Of a DNA stretch of 64,000 nucleotides, positions 39,659-49,761 are shown in pieces. The stretch lies in IMG/VR virus record IMGVR_UViG_3300025853_008930, positions 1-64,000 of that record; one strand, 5' to 3'. The stretch comes from a virus. The translations under genes and the position numbers were made by a program. A model generated the notes under the pieces. The model was not told where the DNA came from. It did no database searches and was given only the letters and a program-made list of their open reading frames with translations. Position 1 is the first letter of the stretch. Every line of letters starts with the position of its first letter.

Positions 39659-41304
39659 TAACCTGTCCTCCTTTCACTCCTTCTATCTACATTTTGATTA
39701 CCTGCGTCTTCCGGTAATCCGCTTAATCTTTTATCCGGCCCAACACTCATAGAAGGTTTATTTCTAGTAGCCGGTGGATTTTCTTGTGGCTTACTACCGC
39801 CACCTTCTGCAAACATTCTTGTTTGTTCATCTAAATCTCTTTGGTCTAAATTAGAACCTGCTAGTGGGTCTTTTTCTATGGGTCTTCCATCATCATCCAT
39901 TTGTTGTTCATCTTCTTTTGGTTCGGGTTTCTTGTAAGTAAAGTTACCATCCTCATCCATATCAACTTCAAAGCCTAAGTTCTTTATTGATGCCGCAATA
40001 TTGACTTCAATCTCTTTCTTTCTTAGTCCTGCAATCTCATCTTCTTCTTCGCTAGGAGGCAACTTCAACTTCCAATCTGTAATGCCAAATTGCTTTACAA
40101 GATAAGGAAATACATATTCATTGTAAACATTCTGTGCCATTTGAACTGCTCTATTAGTTACAAGTATTTGCATACCTTCATTGTTTAAGCCGCCACTTGT
40201 AGTATTATCAGCCATGAAGACTTTACTGACACCATAGAACGCTGATATTCTATCTCTCAAATCATCCTTAACAGAAATATAATCCATTTCTTTTAGGCTA
40301 TCCATGAACTTAATCCACTCAACAGCACCTTTACCGCCTTCTGCTTCTATACCCATAACAGGAATAAAGTGCGGGTCTGCCTCCATCTTTTCTTTTACTC
40401 CTCTCCAAAAGGCTCTCATTGAATCCATGTTTCTAGTTTGAACCGCTAACAAACCTCTTGGCATTCTGCTCTTAGTATAGGCTGAATTGACATAGTTCTC
40501 CATAGCAATTAAAGTCATGATATGATTGTAAAGTGTAATTACAGGGGAAAAACCGTAAAGTCTTGAAGGACTATACTTACTAAAATGTAATACTTCTCCT
40601 TCGATGAAATACTGTTCATCACCTTTTGCTCGATTGACATAATGAATAGGCATAAGAGGAGAGCCACAAGTTTCACAACTATCGTGTGGTTCTGTTGAAA
40701 TAATATCTCTATGATGAACACAAGTAAATCCTTTGTTACCCTTTACGCCATCTTCATCGGCATAAATAAACATAGTAACAGGGTCGCCACGATACACTTC
40801 CTTAACACGGTGCATTCTAATTTTACCATTACCATCCAAGAAATATTCTTTGACCATAACTATGTATGCGTCATCCATAATATTCAAATCGTCTTCCAAT
40901 TCCTTCAACACATCAATAAATAATTGCTCGGATGAGTTTACATAACCCTCTAAGAACTTTTCAGCATATTCTAATTGCTTAACATCGGGTATTTTTAAAT
41001 CAGTAGAGCCACATCTTGAACACTCTTGAACAGGTCTTGTGTGGGTTTTTCCGCAATTGTTACACTTTGCTTCAAATGCTTTTTCCCAAACATAGCCTCT
41101 TCTGTAGACTTCCTGCTTTAGTTGAGTTATACAAGTTCTAACAATTACTGATTGTTGAACCATAGAATAGATGATGGGGGCTGTCATCATGTAATTGTTC
41201 TGCCTTTCTTGAATACCCATGTTGTAGATATTCCTGTCAGCAGGTTTCGGAGTAGTGCGCCTGAAAAGATTAGTGAAAGAGAACCGCCTTCTTTTTTCTG
41301 CCAC
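39658..41304 (-). CDS. Portal protein with zinc-ribbon insertions
   Basis: YGFSP, RISAFYGVS and VFPYLVKQF portal-like motifs; size and position. Confidence 0.8.
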   Translation of the reverse strand: MAEKRRRFSFTNLFRRTTPKPADRNIYNMGIQERQNNYMMTAPIIYSMVQQSVIVRTCITQLKQEVYRRGYVWEKAFEAKCNNCGKTHTRPVQECSRCGSTDLKIPDVKQLEYAEKFLEGYVNSSEQLFIDVLKELEDDLNIMDDAYIVMVKEYFLDGNGKIRMHRVKEVYRGDPVTMFIYADEDGVKGNKGFTCVHHRDIISTEPHDSCETCGSPLMPIHYVNRAKGDEQYFIEGEVLHFSKYSPSRLYGFSPVITLYNHIMTLIAMENYVNSAYTKSRMPRGLLAVQTRNMDSMRAFWRGVKEKMEADPHFIPVMGIEAEGGKGAVEWIKFMDSLKEMDYISVKDDLRDRISAFYGVSKVFMADNTTSGGLNNEGMQILVTNRAVQMAQNVYNEYVFPYLVKQFGITDWKLKLPPSEEEDEIAGLRKKEIEVNIAASIKNLGFEVDMDEDGNFTYKKPEPKEDEQQMDDDGRPIEKDPLAGSNLDQRDLDEQTRMFAEGGGSKPQENPPATRNKPSMSVGPDKRLSGLPEDAGNQNVDRRSERRTG

Positions 41305-41341
41305 GACAACAACCCCCGTTTACTTTGGACTATTCTATCTA

Positions 41342-41575
41342 TTATAGAATCTTCGCAAAGGCTTTCCTCAATACATTTCTCCAATTACCTTTTTTTCTAC
41401 CATAATTTTTTGTTTCGTATTGTTTAGGATTTTTATTTGCATAAAGAGCCGCCATGTATTTTTTTGCCCTAGATTTGGACAAAGGGGTTTTATTTTTGGC
41501 CTTACCTGTATCGGTATTAATAACATAGTAGCCGTTTTTTCCGACTCTTAATTCATAAGGCAAGGCATTCACCAC
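41342..41575 (-). CDS. Small basic protein with C-terminal WRNVLRK motif
   Basis: Coupled ORF. Confidence 0.55.
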   Translation of the reverse strand: MVNALPYELRVGKNGYYVINTDTGKAKNKTPLSKSRAKKYMAALYANKNPKQYETKNYGRKKGNWRNVLRKAFAKIL

Positions 41576-41856
41576 AACTTCTTACATGCTAGACATTTAG
41601 GTGTTGTGATTCTACCTTTGCATTGGTCACAATTATGTCTTGCTTTAAAATTAGCCCTACGCTTTTTGTTGGTATGAGTTCCACCGCCCCTATTCTTTCC
41701 TTTGCCTTTGTAATTGCCATATCCTTTAGCACCTGCATGAATCTTTTTTCCTTCATGAGTAAGCATCATAATTTTTTTACCTTCTCTATCGGAAGGATAT
41801 ACACGACCTACTCGCATGTCTTTCTTATCTTTTTTACACACATCGAACCAAGTCAT
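41569..41856 (-). CDS. Basic protein with leader variant MTWFDVCKK
   Basis: KIHAGAKGY...RRANFKARH...W. Confidence 0.6.
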   Translation of the reverse strand: MTWFDVCKKDKKDMRVGRVYPSDREGKKIMMLTHEGKKIHAGAKGYGNYKGKGKNRGGGTHTNKKRRANFKARHNCDQCKGRITTPKCLACKKLW

Positions 41857-42257
41857 TGCTTACCCCTCATTTGATTTTCTTTAGAACGCTTATCGTCTTT
41901 TATCGGGCCGCCTTTAGCCCATGTTCTACAAGACCTAGCCGAATGACATTTAAAATGGTGCATCCAACAATAACCTAATTTACCATCATCATCTAATTCT
42001 AACGGCATACATTTTTCCATTCTAGGACTAATATCAAACGCTACACAATTACCGCAGTTAGAATCCATAGCGGCTTCTACTGATGTATTCCAAAAGTCTG
42101 CAATATCTTCCCAATAATCTTCGGGCTTGTCTATATTAAGTGGGCCATATTGTATATGTTCTGCTTTTATGGCGGCATTTCTATTCTTAGTGTTTAACTT
42201 CAAATCCTGTGTTGCTCTAGGACAAGTAAGTTCCTTTAGAATAATATGCCAACTCAT
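41853..42257 (-). CDS. WxxILK-leader Cys/His-rich protein
   Basis: MSWHIILKE; CGNC...YCWMHHFKCHSARSC. Confidence 0.65.
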   Translation of the reverse strand: MSWHIILKELTCPRATQDLKLNTKNRNAAIKAEHIQYGPLNIDKPEDYWEDIADFWNTSVEAAMDSNCGNCVAFDISPRMEKCMPLELDDDGKLGYCWMHHFKCHSARSCRTWAKGGPIKDDKRSKENQMRGKQ

Positions 42258-42261
42258 AATA

Positions 42262-42678
42262 TCATCTCGGACTATGTGTGTAAATATCTCCATCTTTGTG
42301 CATGAATATTTTACCTTCTTTTTCTAATTTCTTCAAGGCCGCTTTAATCTCGGTTTCCTTTCCAAATTGTTTTAGGTTTTTCATTCCTAATGCTCCGCCC
42401 TCTTTCTTAATTTCTCTTAAGATTTGACGCTCTAATTTTGCTGTCTTCATTCTAGGACTAATGTTCATAAAGTCTGTCATTTCTTCGGGGTCTTTACCAA
42501 AAATAGATTTCTTAACCTTTCTTCGTTTAAGTTCATCAAAATCTGCACCTGTTATTTTTCCTTTCGGTTTAGCCACATCTAATTTTTTTTGCCCACCATA
42601 AAGCATCTTTTCATCTTCTTTATGAGTTCCACAATGGGCTTTCTCATCTTCTGTTTTTAGTATGTCTTTCCAACTCAT
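42262..42678 (-). CDS. WxxILK-leader protein with winged-helix-like C-terminus
   Basis: MSWKDILKT; ALKKLEKEGKIF. Confidence 0.6.
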   Translation of the reverse strand: MSWKDILKTEDEKAHCGTHKEDEKMLYGGQKKLDVAKPKGKITGADFDELKRRKVKKSIFGKDPEEMTDFMNISPRMKTAKLERQILREIKKEGGALGMKNLKQFGKETEIKAALKKLEKEGKIFMHKDGDIYTHSPR

Positions 42679-43025
42679 CTTGTAAATCCCCTGCCTCTAC
42701 TTTTTGTTTTTTCTTTACTCGCTTCCTTTCTTTGCTTGGCGTAAGTGTGTGCCGCTTTTAGCCTTTTCTTTACTTTACGGTCTTTAGCATTTTTAACTGC
42801 GGCTCGTAATCTTTGCTCCACTAAATTGATTATTTGTGATTGTCTTTTATGAGACTTAGATTTGAATGCACTACTACTAAATGTTTCTTGAACATCTTTA
42901 ACGGTTCTAAATTTTACAGGAACAGTATCTTTTGGGTTTTCATCTGTGTATAATCTTCTTGCTGAACCTTTTGGTTTTTTACCCGTTCCTTTTTTCGGGT
43001 CAGCCTTCAAGATATTCTGCCACAT
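42675..43025 (-). CDS. WxxILK-leader basic protein
   Basis: MWQNILKA. Confidence 0.6.
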   Translation of the reverse strand: MWQNILKADPKKGTGKKPKGSARRLYTDENPKDTVPVKFRTVKDVQETFSSSAFKSKSHKRQSQIINLVEQRLRAAVKNAKDRKVKKRLKAAHTYAKQRKEASKEKTKSRGRGFTR

Positions 43026-43336
43026 TATGCTCCCTTCCTCCTTTTGTAAGTTTTACAAGCGGCACAAGTTGGCCTACATCTTTGTTTAGTTCCTTTAGAA
43101 GCATCCGGTCTTCCGCAAGGTTTTGTTCCTTTTTTATCATCTTCACATGATTGACAAGAAACCCAACCTTTTGCTTTACCACTACCGCCTCTTCTTTGAA
43201 ACCATCCATGAAGACCGGACTCTTTTTCTCTCTTGAAATTGTCTCCGCCCTTTCTTCTTTGTTTCTTCTTATATCTTTTAGCACCGCTTCTTCTTCGAGC
43301 CTTGCTCTTTTTTTGAAGAATGTCCTGCCATGTCAT
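43025..43336 (-). CDS. WxxILK-leader basic Cys-containing protein
   Basis: MTWQDILQKK. Confidence 0.6.
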   Translation of the reverse strand: MTWQDILQKKSKARRRSGAKRYKKKQRRKGGDNFKREKESGLHGWFQRRGGSGKAKGWVSCQSCEDDKKGTKPCGRPDASKGTKQRCRPTCAACKTYKRRKGA

Positions 43337-43341
43337 ATTAA

Positions 43342-43572
43342 TCACTTCTTAGATTTGTTGCCCCAATTATCCGCACCAACTTTACGACATCTAACTAAAG
43401 CACCGCTAGCATAAGCGGAAGGCCACTTATCATATCTGCTACGAACTTTGTAATAACAAGCATCTTGTTTTTTATCGGACTTACGATTTCTGCGGCCTTT
43501 TTTCTTAGCCCGCTTAGAACCTTTTTTTCTTCGAGACTTACTCTTTTTTTGAAGAATATCTTGCCAACTCAT
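43342..43572 (-). CDS. WxxILK-leader basic protein
   Basis: MSWQDILQKK; DACYYKV..RY..WPSAYASG. Confidence 0.6.
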   Translation of the reverse strand: MSWQDILQKKSKSRRKKGSKRAKKKGRRNRKSDKKQDACYYKVRSRYDKWPSAYASGALVRCRKVGADNWGNKSKK

Positions 43573-43697
43573 TTCTTCATCACCTTTGGTTTATCTGCTT
43601 GTTCCCAACATCTCCTACAAAAGCCAAATGGGTGAACATCTCTTGTCATGTAACATCTACCACAATACTTGAATTGTAGTTTTTGTTTACTAATCAC
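43569..43697 (-). CDS. 42-aa zinc-finger peptide
   Basis: Manual translation with CGRC...FCRRC; ATGA overlap with the next gene. Confidence 0.45.
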   Translation of the reverse strand: MISKQKLQFKYCGRCYMTRDVHPFGFCRRCWEQADKPKVMKK

Positions 43698-43711
43698 CCA
43701 TTCTTTTGTAT

Positions 43712-45067
43712 TTATGCTATCACTCCTCCAATATTTTCCATACTATCCATTAAAGACATTTTACAGTTGTCTTTGTATTTCTGTATGTTATCAAGATATA
43801 TACCTTCTTTTAGCCAATCAAAACCAACATGGTCTTTGTGATTTTCCCACTTCATCAGTTTAAAAATCTCATCACATCTTCCCTTATACCAATCTTCTTT
43901 CTTGTAGGATTTTTTCATCCGTATAAGTTCCATAAGTAATTTAGCATTACCTTTTTTTAATCTAAAATGAGGGAGGCATTTTTCCAATAAACCATAAACA
44001 TCATCTTGAGAATAAAAATTTAATCTTTGAACAGGTCTAGTTTGTTGCGGAGACTTTTGATTTAGATGCAACTTACCAAAGCCTATACTCTTGTGCATTT
44101 CTTCCATGAATGCTCTACCTCTTTCTCCTGTGGCAATAAGTCCAACTCTAGGGTTATGGTTTCTATCCATTGTAATGTAACCATCCGAATCAATAAATGC
44201 CGCAGTATAAGCCCAAATGTTTTTCTTAAGCATTGTTGGTAATTTGTAATATGCCCCATCAACATTAGCAACATCTAACTTCTTTACCATTTTAGAAATC
44301 ATATTTGTTGTTGTGCTTTTATGCAAAGTGTTTGGCATTCTATCATGTATTTGTTTAGCACCGATAGAAGGACTTTTGATAATTTCACTTTCAATAAATG
44401 ACATGATTCTTTCTTTCTTACTCTTAGTAATAGATTGGTCTGTAATATTTTTTATTTGTTGCTTGTAATCTCTTTTAGCGAGACGACATTCTTTTTCTAA
44501 TTGAGCATATTCTTTAGAGTAAACCATATCTGTTTTCTTTAGGTCACTCTCCCAATACTTACATATTGCATCAATAATATTTCTTCTACCATTTACAGAA
44601 TCAATCTTATTTATTTTCATGAGGTCTTTCTCACTAAAGCCCATCTTAAGTATCGCAGGTTTGTATGGTTTAATCCAATAGATAGAATCTATGCACTTAT
44701 TGATATGGTCGGAATATCCATCAATAACAGTATCAATAGCCTTAGCCATTCTAGTTCGCTGTTCTCCTTTTAACTTCCTTCGAGCCTTTCTCATTTTCTT
44801 CACAAGGTCGGGTATGTTTTCACCATCAATAGAATATTCACTAGGGAAAGAACTCAATTGTTTTCTAGCATCACTAGCATTAATGTTTAGATTCTTAGAA
44901 AGTAAATTTACTGCTTCATAATCCGACATAATATAATCATTTACAGAAGCCAATTTATTTCCCAACGCTTCTTCAATTTCATCCTTAGTTTCGTCTTGCT
45001 CTCTTTGAAGTTCAGCAAGCCTAGCCATGTTTCGTGAACCTTCTTCATACTCTTCTGCTGTTGGCAT
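43712..45067 (-). CDS. Protein with C-terminal LAGLIDADG domain
   Basis: AYTAAFIDSDGYI; long helical N-terminus plus HTH-like segment. Confidence 0.7.
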   Translation of the reverse strand: MPTAEEYEEGSRNMARLAELQREQDETKDEIEEALGNKLASVNDYIMSDYEAVNLLSKNLNINASDARKQLSSFPSEYSIDGENIPDLVKKMRKARRKLKGEQRTRMAKAIDTVIDGYSDHINKCIDSIYWIKPYKPAILKMGFSEKDLMKINKIDSVNGRRNIIDAICKYWESDLKKTDMVYSKEYAQLEKECRLAKRDYKQQIKNITDQSITKSKKERIMSFIESEIIKSPSIGAKQIHDRMPNTLHKSTTTNMISKMVKKLDVANVDGAYYKLPTMLKKNIWAYTAAFIDSDGYITMDRNHNPRVGLIATGERGRAFMEEMHKSIGFGKLHLNQKSPQQTRPVQRLNFYSQDDVYGLLEKCLPHFRLKKGNAKLLMELIRMKKSYKKEDWYKGRCDEIFKLMKWENHKDHVGFDWLKEGIYLDNIQKYKDNCKMSLMDSMENIGGVIA

Positions 45068-45076
45068 TCACATCAC

Positions 45077-46507
45077 CTAAAAGTTAATTCCCATGACTCC
45101 TTGAGAGCGTTTATACTTATTGACCTTTGGCGGGTCAAATAACCCCATGTCATCTAAGAGTATGAATGTTTCACTCATCGTATGAGTAGCGGCATTAGCC
45201 AACGCTAAACTCATAACCATGTCGTCATGCGCCCCTATTCCCTCAAACTTTCCTTTGTCTGTAATAGCAAACATAGATAATTCTTCTATTAAAGTAGAAG
45301 TAACTCGACGACTTTCTTCATTAGCGTAAGGTAATATTATCTTACCATTTTCAAAGTTCATTTGTAGACTTAGAATAATCTCTTCTTTCTTTTTCCTAGT
45401 GGTGTTAAAGTCGTGAACATTTAAATCTGTAACATTTCTAATCTCTTGTGTAAATGATTTAGCAAATGTATTTGTTTCAAACAATATTGCTTCGGGCTGA
45501 AATACTTTACCGATTAATTTCACCTTCTGTATATTCTCTCTAAACTCTACATTCTTAGAACGGTCAATATACACAATAGTTTTGTTATCATTTTCATCAA
45601 CTTCTAATACAGTAATTACATTATAATCTCCATCAGTAGAAATAGCGGGGTCAATGCCAACATAATATTTGTAGCCCTCTCTACGCATTGGTTTCAAAAC
45701 ATGGTCTTTGCTCTTTGCCGCTTCCAAATATTCGGGATTGAATAGAGAAGTTCCTGTAGATATTGGAACACACATATATTCTCTTGTAAACATTAGAGAG
45801 CCGACTTCAGCCTTTCTCGCCATAAGAGCATCATAATCCCATCTATTCGGCCATAGCGGTTCGTTAAGAGCATTAAGACAAGGATATGTTCTAAGAGTAT
45901 ATGCAGGGTTTTCAGCGAGTTGTTGGTAAATATCTGTATAACTAAATGGAGTTCCAATAACTCTTAGAGAAGCAGTATGGTGAAGTGTTGGTATCATGTC
46001 ACCATAAAACCAATCTGTAACCTTTTGAATTCCTGTCATACTAAACTCTTTCAAAGGGTCGTCAATGATAATCTCTTGAGGGTGAAGTCCACGAATCTGT
46101 GAACCGACAGAACGCTCTAAGATTTGATTACCATTAGTAAGTGTGATATTTCCAATTGCCCAACCCTTTGCCGGTTTGTATTTCTTTAACATTGGATGAT
46201 TGAATAGTTTATCTATATCTCTCATGTGAACCAAAGTCTGTTTTTGGTTAGAAGAAATGTATAGCATTTGATATGGTGGTTCTCTAAACACTAAATTCCA
46301 TACAACCCAAGCATGCATAAATACTGATTTACCGTGACCTCTTGAACAAATGATAACAGTTCTTTGTGTATCGTTCATCAAATCGTGCCACTCTTCTTGG
46401 TGCTTGGCGAACTCCCAACCTAGAACTTGCTGAAAGAAATAAGGAAATGAGTTTTTAGATAATTCCATATCCATTTGATGCTCAAAGTTAAATGCGTCTA
46501 TATCCAT
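45077..46507 (-). CDS. terL: Terminase large subunit
   Basis: SRGHGKS, IIIDD, IGTP, GIDPA and HDDMV motifs. Confidence 0.9.
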   Translation of the reverse strand: MDIDAFNFEHQMDMELSKNSFPYFFQQVLGWEFAKHQEEWHDLMNDTQRTVIICSRGHGKSVFMHAWVVWNLVFREPPYQMLYISSNQKQTLVHMRDIDKLFNHPMLKKYKPAKGWAIGNITLTNGNQILERSVGSQIRGLHPQEIIIDDPLKEFSMTGIQKVTDWFYGDMIPTLHHTASLRVIGTPFSYTDIYQQLAENPAYTLRTYPCLNALNEPLWPNRWDYDALMARKAEVGSLMFTREYMCVPISTGTSLFNPEYLEAAKSKDHVLKPMRREGYKYYVGIDPAISTDGDYNVITVLEVDENDNKTIVYIDRSKNVEFRENIQKVKLIGKVFQPEAILFETNTFAKSFTQEIRNVTDLNVHDFNTTRKKKEEIILSLQMNFENGKIILPYANEESRRVTSTLIEELSMFAITDKGKFEGIGAHDDMVMSLALANAATHTMSETFILLDDMGLFDPPKVNKYKRSQGVMGINF

Positions 46508-46515
46508 AATCCCAC

Positions 46516-47298
46516 CTACTGATATAGTTCTCTCTTTCTTCTTTGAATAATCTTATTTAGTTCTTCTTTGAGTTCCTTTCCATTTTTATATTTGGTTTCT
46601 ATTATCTCAACAATTTCACCAAATTTTCTCATAATGTCTTTATGTTCAGCACCCTCTCCCATATAAGCAACCATTTGAATTATGTCTGTTATAGCAAACC
46701 AATTCCTTCCTGTTCCTCTATCTAATTTACCTTGCATTTCATATATTGAATTTATAAAAACTTGCATCCATTCTTCCATTTCATTTAATGGAGTAAAACT
46801 TTTTTTTAATACCATCTGCCACTTTTTTATTCCATCAGCCGGTTTAATTCCCCAAGCCACATCTTTGCTCTCAACATATTCTGTTATTTTCTTAACTATA
46901 TTTTCGGGAACAGAATCAAGTAGTTCTTTACTCTTATTTTCTATTTTCCAACCTATGCCCTCACTTGCCGCTATCCATCTTGGTTCGTTTACAAATGTAG
47001 CCAGTTGGGGTTTATCGCTAGAAATTTTCTTTTCTCTATAGGGAACTAAATCAGCCATATGACCCTTTGCAGAACCTTTAATGGATTTAGTTCCACCAAT
47101 CATAATATATTCGGGATGTTCGTTCCACCCTGTAGTGGATATAGTTTTATCATTATCATCAACTCTAATAATCCACTCATTCAAATCATACCAAGAAGGA
47201 ACCTGCCCCATTCTAGCATAAGGTTCATTTGGGTTATCAGTATTCCACCTTTCTTTCATTTCTTCAAAAGAAAACACTTGGTCTAATACTCTTGGCAC
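46516..47298 (-). CDS. Possible GNAT-fold domain followed by an internal WQMVLKK motif and a helical domain
   Basis: WIIRV..TGW..MIGG..KGH..L...GWKI pattern. Confidence 0.4.
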   Translation of the reverse strand: MPRVLDQVFSFEEMKERWNTDNPNEPYARMGQVPSWYDLNEWIIRVDDNDKTISTTGWNEHPEYIMIGGTKSIKGSAKGHMADLVPYREKKISSDKPQLATFVNEPRWIAASEGIGWKIENKSKELLDSVPENIVKKITEYVESKDVAWGIKPADGIKKWQMVLKKSFTPLNEMEEWMQVFINSIYEMQGKLDRGTGRNWFAITDIIQMVAYMGEGAEHKDIMRKFGEIVEIIETKYKNGKELKEELNKIIQRRKRELYQ

Positions 47299-47304
47299 AA
47301 CAAA

Positions 47305-49761
47305 TCACCTAAAATTAGCCTTAATAAAATACACATGCTCGCTATTTATTCCGTATGCCTTACTAATACTGTCGAAAGAGTCAATCTCATTAACGATGCT
47401 AACTAGTTCACTAGCCGACATATCTACATTATATTTAGTTTCCATTTTCTGTAGCATAGCATCCACATCATCAAAGTCTTCTTCATTTCTCTTAGCAAAG
47501 AATATTTCCTTTCCTTTGAGTATTCTCAAAGAATCGTGTGCTTCTAATATTCTACTGTAAATTGTAGACTTGGCTATCCTATCAACCTGTTTCAAGAACT
47601 CTAAAGTTTGCTTATACAATGATTCGTTTTCTGTTTCCAAAACCTTTTGTTTTTCTCTAAGAGTATCTATTAGAATCCTAATTGGTGTCATTTCATCAAT
47701 GTCATCAATGCCTCTACTCCTAAATGCGTCGGAGGTGTTTAATCCCATAAACTTGTCAAGTATCTTTTTACCCGATGACATTGATTCTAAGCCGCCAAAA
47801 ATAGATGCTACATCTTTTTTTATTTGTTGCTTTATGCTAGACTTACCCCGATATATTTCACTAAGAGCATTAACAAAACTCTCGGCTTTCTTTTCACTTT
47901 GTTTTGGATTTGTGAATATTTCACCGGAGTTTATTGACTTGAGGAAAGGCATAAGTTTTTTCAATCTTCTCGGTTTAATAAATCTACTTTGCGAATCAAC
48001 AATTTTATCATTCATGGTTCGATAGGCTTGATATTTTTCTCCTGTTATTTGAGTAGAAACTATGATTCTCAAATGGCCATCTTTCGCAAATGGTAGTGCA
48101 ACTCCTAATGTATTTTTGGAATGTATTGGCTCTAAAAATAATTCACCTACCATTTCCGATATTTCCTTGAAAAGAGTTTTCATATCTTCTGTTATTTCTT
48201 TTGAGGCTCTAACCATACCTCTTCTTCCCAATGTGGTTTTCATATACTTTTCATACGCTCTATGTTGAAAACCGGAATCCTTTACTCCTTTACCTGTCAT
48301 ATCCAAGTATGTTGTGAAGTCAAATAGGGTTTTTTCTTCTTCTAATAATTCAGCAAACAAACGCAAAAATTCCTGTATGTTTTCTCTTTTTTCGTTTGCC
48401 CTGCTGACTTCCGAACTATACCTTTCCCTTAGTGCAGGTTCTTTGAATATTTCAAAAGGTAAAGAAAAAGTAGTTTCGTCTAATTTGTCTATTGATTTAA
48501 TTGTGGCCTTTAGTTTATTTAGGGTAGTTTGTGTATCTTCACCGTCTAGTATTTCTTTTACTTCGTCTTTAATGGATAAGAAAAACTCTTCCACCGTTTC
48601 TACAAAATTAACATCATTAAAAGTATCAACTATTCCATCCATTTCGTCTTTCAAATACAAAATAGCCAACGGGTCTAAATCTATATCTTCAAGAAGTGGC
48701 TTACTTTCAGTATTAGAAATAGTATCTTTAGCAGACATTATATCGCTAATCTCACGCATTTCTTTTTCTTCTCCTGTTTCGGAGTCTTGCACTTTATCAT
48801 AAATTAATTCTATATCGGTTTCATCGGTTAATGCGCTCAACGCTCTAATTTCTGTGAGAAAGTTTGTTATTAGTTTATCTGCTCTTTCATATACATCTTC
48901 TAACTGATAGGTCTTTTTTGTTGAAGCAGATATATAATTTAAAGAGTCTTTATCAAATCCACCTATCAGTTCTACGAATGCTTTAGCGTCTTCGGCCAAA
49001 ACTTCATCTTTACTTTCTTGTAGTGGCTCAATCAACTTAGTTAATTCTAATATCTTTGCATGTAAGTCTGCAAACTTAGGAGACATATCTTCCCAAAACT
49101 GATAGATGTCACCTCTTTTTGATATGTCTTTCAGTTTTTTATTTCCTAATAAGTAAGCAACATCAATATCTACAATTTTAAATTCAAAGAGACTCCTATC
49201 TTCATAAGCACCTTCTATTTCATCTATAATCATCCCTACATTTTTAACAATGGTTTCGTCTTCTATTGTGTCTTTTACACCATTAAATTTATTCCTCATA
49301 ATTTTAGTATCGAATAAGTCTTCGCCATCTTTATCCTTTAGATTTATTGAAGAAGAATCTATGCTTAAATTAGGATTTTCTAAATCTCTTTCTAACAAAT
49401 TATTTCCGTCAGTTTTCTTAATTGTCCTTATGCCCCTACCTTTCTTGAACAATATCTCATCTTTAAAAACTTCAATTGCTGTCTGTAAGTCGGTGTTATC
49501 ATCTTCCTCTACTACTCTTCTATCAGCAAGAGTTAGAGTTTTTGCTAGATTTTTCTTAACATACTCAAGAACTTCATTGTTTATATCTCTCTTTACTGCG
49601 AACTTAGCACCTTCGGGATATTTTATATTGGCTTTCTTTTTAATTAATTTTTTTAGTTCTTTGTCTCGTTGTTCTAAATTAGAATATTCTCTATATATGT
49701 CTAAGAATTCAGCCTTTATTTCTTGCAGGAAGCCTTCAGGGTTGTCTAGGTATTCCATCAT
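47305..49761 (-). CDS. Large acidic helical protein (818 aa)
   Basis: Long ORF. Confidence 0.65.
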   Translation of the reverse strand: MMEYLDNPEGFLQEIKAEFLDIYREYSNLEQRDKELKKLIKKKANIKYPEGAKFAVKRDINNEVLEYVKKNLAKTLTLADRRVVEEDDNTDLQTAIEVFKDEILFKKGRGIRTIKKTDGNNLLERDLENPNLSIDSSSINLKDKDGEDLFDTKIMRNKFNGVKDTIEDETIVKNVGMIIDEIEGAYEDRSLFEFKIVDIDVAYLLGNKKLKDISKRGDIYQFWEDMSPKFADLHAKILELTKLIEPLQESKDEVLAEDAKAFVELIGGFDKDSLNYISASTKKTYQLEDVYERADKLITNFLTEIRALSALTDETDIELIYDKVQDSETGEEKEMREISDIMSAKDTISNTESKPLLEDIDLDPLAILYLKDEMDGIVDTFNDVNFVETVEEFFLSIKDEVKEILDGEDTQTTLNKLKATIKSIDKLDETTFSLPFEIFKEPALRERYSSEVSRANEKRENIQEFLRLFAELLEEEKTLFDFTTYLDMTGKGVKDSGFQHRAYEKYMKTTLGRRGMVRASKEITEDMKTLFKEISEMVGELFLEPIHSKNTLGVALPFAKDGHLRIIVSTQITGEKYQAYRTMNDKIVDSQSRFIKPRRLKKLMPFLKSINSGEIFTNPKQSEKKAESFVNALSEIYRGKSSIKQQIKKDVASIFGGLESMSSGKKILDKFMGLNTSDAFRSRGIDDIDEMTPIRILIDTLREKQKVLETENESLYKQTLEFLKQVDRIAKSTIYSRILEAHDSLRILKGKEIFFAKRNEEDFDDVDAMLQKMETKYNVDMSASELVSIVNEIDSFDSISKAYGINSEHVYFIKANFR

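Noticed and set aside
43712-46507. Intein or group I intron splitting the terminase
   Set aside because: terL has complete ATPase and nuclease motifs and its own stop; the LAGLIDADG ORF has its own RBS and no splice motifs.
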